A DNA stretch of 28,382 nt from Thelocarpon superellum (Eukaryota). A program made the translations under genes and the position numbers. A model generated the notes under the pieces. It searched no databases and was not told where the DNA came from. It saw nothing but the letters and a program-made list of their open reading frames with translations. Location of the stretch: assembly GCA_026025795.1 (NCBI GenBank), contig JAPEUG010000019.1, positions 62,001 through 90,382 of the forward strand. The letters run 5' to 3'. This document shows, piece after piece, positions 20,495 through 28,382 of the stretch (its first letter is position 1; every line of letters begins with the position of its first letter).

Positions 20495-22855
20495 ATGGAG
20501 GTCTCCAACCTCCTGACGCAGGATCCCTCCCTGCGCGCCCGGCGCCCTGTCACCCCACAGTCTTACCACGCCTCGCCCCAGACGAGCCCCAAGCCCAAGC
20601 ACGTCGCCTTCGAGTTGTACTTCCCCGAGTCCCCCAATTACCGGGCGCGACTCCCGATGCGGGTCCAGATCTTCCCGCATGACACTACCGACTCCATCAT
20701 CACCACGGTGAAGAACTTCTACGGCCTCTACGAGGGCCCCGGTGGCGCCAAAGGCGTCAGTTTCGAGGACGAGCAGGGCAACACCCTGATCGCCCGGTAC
20801 GAGAACTTCCGGAACAACATGGTCGTCTACGTCCGCGTGCTGCTCGAGGAGGCCGGCACGCCCAAGGCCTACGGCCCGCCCGAGCACCCGTCGGCGTCGC
20901 CCAACCACTTTCAGAGCGAGCCGCACGCCATGCGACCGCCTCAACCCGCCCAAGCCCTCACCTACGGACAAACGCCATCGCGCCCGGCCTCGCGTACCAT
21001 GCGCAAGCGCAGCGTCTCGCCGCCGCTCGGTCGCGGCCGTCGCAGCGTCTCGGCCAACACCCGGCCGGATCCGAGCAAGCCCAGCCGCTCGCGCACCGGC
21101 CTGAAGAGTCGTGGATCGAGCACGCACGCGAGCGGGCCCGATGTCAACGGCGACGCGATGAATGGCTTCAGTGATAGCGATGGCGGTCAGGGCTCCGTGT
21201 CGGGCTCCCGCAAGAGCAGGAGCGAGCAGCTGGCCAGCGCCGAGATCAGCCTGGACAACATCGTGGAAGGCGGTCGGCGGAAGCGCGCCAAATTTGAGAG
21301 CTCGGTGAGACCTCCTTCCCGGCGAGGCCTGACCCGAACTGACCGGTCGCGCGCGTACTAGGAACTGCCACTCTTCGTGCCCCCTCAGGTACCCATGACC
21401 ACATCATCTTCCTCCGTCTCGCCCGCCCGTCGTGCCGCACCCCTTCACGGTCTTGGACCCTTTGGCCAAGCTTCGCAGCGACCGGTGTCATACTCGCAGC
21501 CGCTCCCGTCGCCACAGAGCATCGGGCACGCCGACCGCCTTTCGGGCCACCGGGCCGCCGCTGGATCATCATACTCCACCCCCGCGGGCAACCAACACGG
21601 GCACCACCTGCGGAATCGGATGAGCGCCTCATACCCGCCCTCCCGCCGTGGCATGGGGAGTAACCCCTTCGGCCACCATAGTGGGATCCTCCCCACGCCA
21701 GACCCCACCGTCGCGAGCTGTATCTCCGACGAGGACGTGGCCATCCAGCTCATGCGTCTGGGCGATGCCTCGAACATCTCGCACGACACCCGCCACTCGG
21801 CCTCGACCCTCGACGACGGCTTCAGTGGTGCCGCTGACGCCGCCTCCTCCACGGGCGCGACGAGCGACAGCGACATGGAGGACGAGGACGAGGATGAGAG
21901 CGACGCGACGGAGCCGTCGGGCCTCCCCGTCGGTCCGCCGCGCGAGCCGGCGGCCTCGAGCCCCATTCCCTTCCCGGGTGCGGTCAAGCGGAAGCACAAG
22001 CATCTCGATGACATCCTGCCCAGCTTTGACAGCACCGAGCCGAGCGGCGATGAGGGCGCTCGTGTCGTGGGCAACGGGTACGGCGACGAGCACGACCGGA
22101 AGCGCATGCGTTTTGACGTGTCGGGCCCCCAGTTGCGTGACGCGTTTCTCGAGGAGCGCGAGCCGCTCATCAAGATGGATCCGAGCGTGGCCGAGGCAGC
22201 CTTTGACGGCCGCACTCCTGTCCGCAGCCTACACGGCGCGGTCAAGAGCAGCAAGGTCGCCAAGGCCCGCCCGCTCGGCGCCAACAAGATCAAGGTCAAG
22301 CCCTCCGCGGGCACGGTCGCGGGCGCGAACGCTAAGGTGCCCATCTCACCCGCCTCCCTCACGGCGCCATCGCGCAAGACGTCTAACGCGTCGACGATCA
22401 ACTTCCAGCACCCGCTGGGTGAGGATGAAGAGGATCTGTCGTCAAAGCCGCGCTGCCAACGTTGCCGCAAGAGCAAGAAAGGCTGCGACCGGCAGCGCCC
22501 GTGCCAGCGATGCACCGACGCCGGCATCGGCATCGATGGCTGCGTCAGCGAGGACGAGGGGAACGGTCGCAAAGGCCGCTTCGGTCGACACATGGGCGTG
22601 GTGGTCAAGAAGGGACCCGGCCACCAGCATAGCCATAGCCAGGATCACGGTCACGCCGATGCCATGGCGAGTGGCCCCGCCCCTGCTTCCGCCCCCAGCG
22701 TCATCCGTGGATCGGCTCATGGTACGATGGATGGCCTCGCCAACGGCATCGCCGATGGACCTGTCCATGCTGCCGTCAATGGATCACCAACTCCTTTGGC
22801 CGGCCCAGCCATGACCCCGCTTAGCCTCGACAAGAACAAAAAGCGCAAGCGTTAA
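20495..22855 (+). CDS. Zn(II)2Cys6 (C6) transcription factor with a C-terminal zinc cluster; exons 20495-21304, 21362-22855; ~767 aa
   Basis: The zinc cluster CQRCRKSKKGCDRQRPCQRCTDAGIGIDGC (C-X2-C-X6-C-X5-C-X2-C-X9-C) is at 22454-22543. NLS-like GGRRKRAK and a terminal KNKKRKR are present. Intron 21305-21361 (GTGAGA..CTGAC..TAG) joins FESS|ELPLFVPPQVP. Confidence 0.9.
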
Positions 22856-24266
22856 CGGCCCCAATTGGGTCTCCCGACGCAGTCACGTGAATTTTCCCAT
22901 GTCGAATGTCGGCGTTGCTGCTCTCACGATTCTTCGGTCGCTCTTCTCGGCTTGATTCAGTTCTGACGTTCGTGCGACCGCGCCTCAGACCAAGAAACAA
23001 AAAAAAAAAAACCCCCCCAAAACCGGACAGCAATCCCCTCGGTTCTGATGCCGACGAGTGTGTGTCTCTTCCCGCGTTGCCCTGCAGCTCCTCGTCACGA
23101 TCTCTTGACTGCTTCCCATTCCCCATTCTTCATTTGCTCTTCTCGATACATCACACATCATCCGTCATCCGACATCCACTCTACCCCTTCGTCCACCCTC
23201 GCTATCGTCCGTCAGCGCGATCTTGGGTGGGGACCTCAGGTTTGGATAGAGCCGCGAGATGATTCCATCTTGAGGCCTAGTCGTCCCTCGACCTCGCACG
23301 TGCCTCAAAAACCATCAATATTTCCTTCGCGTCACCGTCCAGTCATCCTGGCTCGCTCTACCAAATTGCCGATTCTCCCGCTCCTGCAATCGCCTCTGGC
23401 GGTCAGTCTCGCATTCTTGTCAATCACGATACGATCGATCCCCGGGTCACGTCCCATGCCCACACTCCTTTGACGACTCTAATGATTTGCTTGACTCGCT
23501 CTTCCTTGTCCGCGGCGCGCGCTCTGCGTTTGGTTCTGAGCCTTGGTCGATCGAAGAGGAGCCTGGACTTCGTTGCGCGTGGGTGGACGGCTGGAGGCCC
23601 ATGGCTATTGCGTCACGTCGTCTTCGGGCGTTTACTCTGGTCGTCCTCTTTGTCATTGTCCGGCAAGTGTTTGCGCCCCACTTTGCCCTGATTCGGAGCT
23701 TGATGTATGGTCAATTCTATGAGCCATTCATTCCCATGACACCCAACGGTGCGCTCGCTCCGACGTAGATGGAATGTGTCCGTTGGTAGTGGCGTGTCGT
23801 GTCGTGATAAACGCCGGTGGAGGGAGGCGACGCGCTTACGCTCACCTTGGCAGCCGGACCAAGCGCGGGGCCGAGCTGAGCTGAGCGAATCTCGGAGCGG
23901 ATTATCCTTTGCGCGCGCCGATGACGTGTCGTCCAAAGTTGCCCCTTTGGGAAGGCTGCGACCGCCTAGGCTATTATAGGACGAGTATTTGTCGTGGGCT
24001 CGGCTAACGAAAGTAATGCATGTACATTACTTATGGCACCACTCCCGTATTCTTTCTCTCGCAGCGACGAGAATAAAGCTGTTCCGCATTTGATCCACCT
24101 TCACCACAGATGTCATCGACGAATTTGGTGAGTGACGGATGGCGTCTTCATCGTTCCACATGCCGCGAGATGGATCGACAAATCATGGATGGAGGTCGCC
24201 GACCTCTCCCTGAAGAGCGTTGACCCGCTTGAGTGAGCTCGTTGGGTGCACCTCACCGCCTTCATC

Positions 24267-26737
24267 ATGGCCCCCGCCACACCTTCACGGCGGCCCACTC
24301 GAGGCTCCGGTACTGGTTCCCCCGCAGCGACTGCCCCACCACCGTCTCCCAATGCGTCGCAAGCAACTCGACACGCGGACGAGGCTGAGGCCGCAATGGC
24401 AGCGGATCTTGAGATGTCTGCGGGACCTTCCGTGGTGTCGACAAGCGCTCCGTCGTCCGCCGACCCCCGCCAGCCCACCGCTCGCCTCTCTTCGCTCTCG
24501 CTCTCGCGCCGCGCGCCTGGCATGCCTCCTCCTCCGCTGGGCGAGAGCGGGCCCAAACCGCTCAAGTTCAAGCCCAAAGCTCCCATCCGACGCAGTCAGC
24601 GAGAGCGCGAGCTGGCCGAGCGAGACGAACAAGAGCGTATCGCGGCACGAAACACGGCCCGGAGCGCCGCTGGCCCGCGGCCTCCGGCACAGATGCCCTC
24701 TAGATCAGGTCGAGGTGGCGTTCGCGGCGTTGGTTGGATGCGTGGTCGTGGCCTGGGCCCGGGGCGAGGTGGGAACCGAGCGGGCTTTCATCCCGGCCGA
24801 GGTGGCTCCGGGTCGCGAGTGGGCGAGGGCGTGGCCAGCGGTCCGTTTGGAGCGGGCAGTGTCGTGACATGTGGGTAGTAGAGACTAGGCTGTGGTCAAG
24901 ACGGCTAAGTGACAAATAGCAACGTCTTCCAAGAAACGAAAGGGCTCCGGCGTGCCCAAAAGCGAGTCGTCACAGAGATCCACAGCAGCTCCGTCGACAG
25001 CCCAATGCGTGGGTCGTCCCTCGACCGTGCCCCGCATCCACAGCAACGAGATTCGCGGAGTGGATGGATTCAAACATGAAGGGGAGGAGATGGACCCGAT
25101 CTACGTTTCGTCCGAAGACGATGACGACGAGGCGGCCGGCCCGCGGGTTGACATTGAACATATCAATCTGGCGAGCGACGCAGAGGACGGAGAGGACCGC
25201 TTCAAGGCAGGTGAGGCCGAGCCTCGTCTAAGCTGGGCCCTCAAGCCCGTTCGCCTGGATCGTCGCGAGCACCGAGAACGGGCGCCAGGCGTGACGACGG
25301 ACGCGGGAGCCCCACGCTTTGCCGCATTGAAACGGAGGGCGCTCGAACGAGGTGCTGACGCCACTCCGTTTGTTGGGTCGGACGCCGAACACGAGAAGCC
25401 GTCGCGCAGACGGACGGAGAAGACCAGAGACGTGGAATACCTCCGGAACGAACGCCGATGGAAAGGCGTGTACGAGGTGGAGGGAGACCACGACGTGCGG
25501 GGTAAGCATCATGAGAACAACGGTGGCGACGGCCTCTCGACTCACCAAGGCGCAGTGAAGGACGAGCCCAACGACGAGGCCGATGCTGCTCTCCCCGCAA
25601 GCGTCCCCGCAACGTCCGACCCAGTCACTCGAGCATCAGCATCGCGGTCATCATCCCAACGAGGCCCACCGGCACCGACAGGGACGGACGAGGCCGAGAA
25701 GGAGGCGACGGAGGCAAAGATCGTCCAGCGCCGCAAGACCAGCTTCAAAGAGTCCAAGCCCGTGCTCCAGACGGAAGAGGATCGACAGGAATGGGCTCGT
25801 CGTGAATTGGACGTTAAGCTTCTCAGCGAGGAGCTGGGACAGCTGTATACGGACCCGGTGGCAAGTGGTCGAGACGGCGCAGGCGACATTCCCATGGTAG
25901 GTGGGGCGTGGTTCGTCAATCTTGGATCCCGTATTAATCCATGTGTAGGAGGGACCGACGACGGCAAATGGCGGACGTGGCTACTGCTCGCTCTACCTCT
26001 TCCAATTCCCGCCGATCCTGCCGGCGCTCTACGACCCAGTCAAGAAGGAAGACGGCGGCGCCGACGCAGACGCCGATGCAGACATGGAGGCAGACGGATA
26101 CGCAGGCCCCTCGACGAGCGAAGCACACACGTTACCGCGCACCTCGGCGCGCGTGTCCGGCGCCAGCACATCCAGCACCAGCGCCAGTGCCAGGATCATC
26201 AACCACCCAGCCCACCGCTCCGTCCTTGCAACTTCCACCGAACCTCGTCCCCAGATCAAAGCGGACCCAGACCACCACAAAAAAGGAGTCGCCGCCGCCG
26301 CCGCCGCCGCTGCCGCGACTTCACACTCCGGGTCAGGCTTAACCCCGCGCGCCTTTACGGCCAAAGACGCCACGTTACCCCGCGGCAAAGCGGGCAAACT
26401 GACCATCCACGCATCCGGTCGCGTGCTGCTCTCCTGGGGCGGCTCGAACACGCTTCAGCTTACCCGGGCAATTGACACGGAGTTTTTGCAGGATGTGGTC
26501 GTCTCGGATCTCAAGGGTGTGCTGGATCCTGATGCGCCGCCGGGTGCTGGGAGAGGTGGGACGGTCGGAGCGGGAAGAGGAGGAAGAGGAGGGGTGGGGA
26601 GTGCTGGTGGGGGTGCTAGTGCAAGTGCAGGGGCAAGTGCAAGTGGAGATGGCGGAGAGGAGAGGGGAGTGAGTGGCGGAATCGCGCGCATCGAAAGTAA
26701 ATTCATCGTGTCGCCCTATTGGGAGGATTTGCTCTAG
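24267..26737 (+). CDS. RPC4: DNA-directed RNA polymerase III subunit RPC4 (C53); exons 24267-24870, 24920-25501, 25556-25896, 25949-26737; ~771 aa
   Basis: The N-terminus has LKFKPKAPIRRS. LYLFQFPPILPAL and GKAGKLTIHASGRVLLSWGG..FLQDVV..KFIVSPYWEDLL match the RNA_pol_Rpc4 domain. Introns are at 24871-24919, 25502-25555 (in frame, less certain) and 25897-25948. Confidence 0.87.
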
Positions 26738-26799
26738 GTACAGTAGATAGAGAGACGCAGGACCAAACATACCGGAGAGATGATCACGCACATTGGCGT

Positions 26800-27558
26800 T
26801 CACTTCCCCATCGTCAAGAACAGACGATCCCCGACATCGCCCAAGCCAGGCCGAATCATGCCTCGCTCATCACAGGCATCATCGACCCCGCCCACCCAGA
26901 CATCGACGCCCTCGGCCCACTCGTCCGCGGCGCGCGCGACACCCTCTCGACTCGCCAACACCGCAATGAGCAGCACGCGGCGCACGCCCCACTCACGAAG
27001 GGTTTGTATGGCGGCCGCACTGGTCCCGCCCGTGGCGATGACAGGGTCGATGAGGATAGCGAGGTCGGCGGCGGCGGAGTTGACGGTGGAGCCGGCCGTG
27101 TGCTGGCCTTGCGCCGCGAGGGCGCCTGGCGTCGACTGCACCGTCGGGACGCCAGGCTCCGGGTGATGGTAGGGCAGGTTGTTGTAATATTCCACCGGCT
27201 GCAGGGTGGTCGGTTCCCTGAATAGACCGAGGTGATGCACGGGCACCGGGCGTGGCAGCAGCGTCTGGATGGCGGATACCATGCCCAGGCCGGAACGCAG
27301 CACGGGGACGAGGGCGACGCGCGCCGGCGAGATGGTCTGCGTCGCGTACTCGTAGCCCAGTGGGGATTGGTCCACGTCGCCACTGGCCACGGCGTGCAGG
27401 CTGTGCCCGAGTGCTTCGCACCCTACGATCAGCGCGATCTCGTGTACCAGTGCCTCGGTCGCGCGTGCGTCGGTGCGTGCTGATCGTAGTTGCGAAAGCT
27501 TGGCCTGGAGACAGGGGTGGTGGGAGATGTGCACATTTGCTGGGAGGAAGGTCGCCAT
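26800..27558 (-). CDS. Uracil phosphoribosyltransferase (Fur1/Upp family); 252 aa, intronless
   Basis: Motifs include HPCLQAKLSQLR, LVPVLRSGLGM, HHLGLFREPTTLQPVEYYNNLP, the PRPP-binding loop LIDPVIATGGT and the uracil-binding tail IRPGLGDVGDRLF. The ATG is at 27558 (the track's start at 27672 is not an ATG). Confidence 0.92.
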   Translation of the reverse strand: MATFLPANVHISHHPCLQAKLSQLRSARTDARATEALVHEIALIVGCEALGHSLHAVASGDVDQSPLGYEYATQTISPARVALVPVLRSGLGMVSAIQTLLPRPVPVHHLGLFREPTTLQPVEYYNNLPYHHPEPGVPTVQSTPGALAAQGQHTAGSTVNSAAADLAILIDPVIATGGTSAAAIQTLREWGVRRVLLIAVLASREGVARAADEWAEGVDVWVGGVDDACDERGMIRPGLGDVGDRLFLTMGK

Positions 27559-27991
27559 TGGAAAGGGCGGCACGGTGAGGTAGCACAGGGAGACGGCGAG
27601 GGAGGGGAAGGGGAGAGTGCGGAGAGAGCTGCTGGTGGCGTGGATCGAGCTGGATGGTGGGGCCGTTATCAACGCGTCCGCCCCTTCTGGGACGTGTTTG
27701 CTTCCATCGCCTTGGTTTCCATGCTTGACGACTGCTATTCGTACGTCGGAAGCTACGGCTGATGTGCTGGCGACGCGGACTTGTCACGCCCTGCGAATGC
27801 CGTCTTGTGTTCCCTGATGTTAGGTGTTGCACCCCCACCCCCACCCTCACATGTCCGGTTCAGGTACGAGTACGAGTACAGTGCGAGTACCGAGCAACGG
27901 GGGAGTGGTGGAGTGGGGGGGGGGGCTTTTTGAAAGTGGCGGAGGTAAGTCGAGAGGGCTACCGTACGAATACCAATATCAATCGTCATGC

Positions 27992-28017
27992 CATCAGGAC
28001 ATCAGGACATCAGGACA
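27992..28017 (+). repeat. (CATCAGGA)3 tandem repeat in the UPRT/PQ-loop bidirectional promoter
   Basis: The sequence reads CATCAGGA CATCAGGA CATCAGGA CA. Confidence 0.85.
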
Positions 28018-28166
28018 CTGGGAACCTCCAGAATCATCGATCCTGCCCCGTGATCGACTAGATTGATTGCTGATGGCTCCGGCGAGTTCGGCCCCGGGAG
28101 ACCAGCTAGGTCCACTGCGGATCATCTACGAATGATAAAGATTGAGAAAAAATTCCATTAAATATT

Positions 28167-28382
28167 ATGGATATTCCGGTCGCCGCAAACGTTCTCGGCG
28201 TCATCGGTGCCGTAGGCCTCCCTGTTCTCCCTCGAATCACACTATCGCTTCATCGCTAAGTGCAAGTAGATATGCTGGTCAGTCCAGGTATGTCCATCCC
28301 TGTCCAACTAAACGATTGCGTCCCTGACGTCGTCAAGTTGATTCCTCAAATCATCATCAACTACAGGCGTCATCACACCCAT
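28167..28382 (+). CDS. PQ-loop repeat membrane protein (Ilt1/YDR090C-like), 5' part only; exons 28167-28211, 28270-28287, 28338->end
   Basis: The spliced translation MDIPVAANVLGVIGA|ICWSVQ|LIPQIIINYRRHHTH contains the PQ motif. Introns are 28212-28269 (GTAGGC..GCTAAG..TAG) and 28288-28337 (GTATGT..CTGAC..AAG). Confidence 0.85.

Noticed and set aside
21445..22814. 387-aa (-) and 388-aa (+, alternate frame) ORFs overlapping the C6 gene
   Set aside because: They are Arg/Ser/Pro-rich off-frame translations of a GC-rich CDS with no domain signal.
22995..23022. A-run that could mark a retroposed insertion
   Set aside because: There is no target-site duplication or element body; it is a typical 3' UTR homopolymer.
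25897..26475. C-terminal part of the 507-aa ORF 24952-26475
   Set aside because: This is read-through of intron 25897-25948; the conserved Rpc4 motifs are in another frame.

Overview
This is a GC-rich, gene-dense eukaryotic window from a filamentous ascomycete (Pezizomycotina-like), with mostly short (47-64 nt) GT-AG introns and CTRAY-type branch sites. Nine protein genes are supported, in order: RRP5 (-), CDT2 (+), an Upc2-like regulator that lacks the Zn2Cys6 cluster (-) and is divergently paired with an RTA1-family 7-TM gene (+), a Clb3-type B cyclin (-), then a ~5 kb gene-free regulatory region, a Zn2Cys6 factor with a C-terminal zinc cluster (+), RNA polymerase III subunit RPC4/C53 (+), a uracil phosphoribosyltransferase (-), and the 5' end of a PQ-loop transporter (+) that the ORF track misses. 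I found no tRNA, rRNA, transposon or CRISPR. Two candidates stand out. (1) In the regulator/RTA1 module, the canonical zinc-cluster DNA-binding domain appears to be replaced by a GRPR + basic-helix motif. (2) The second transcription factor carries an N-terminal PB1/ubiquitin-like beta-grasp domain, and retention of its intron would give a PB1-only isoform. GTAC clusters and short tandem motif arrays recur in the promoters. All family assignments come from motif recognition by eye; no searches were run.
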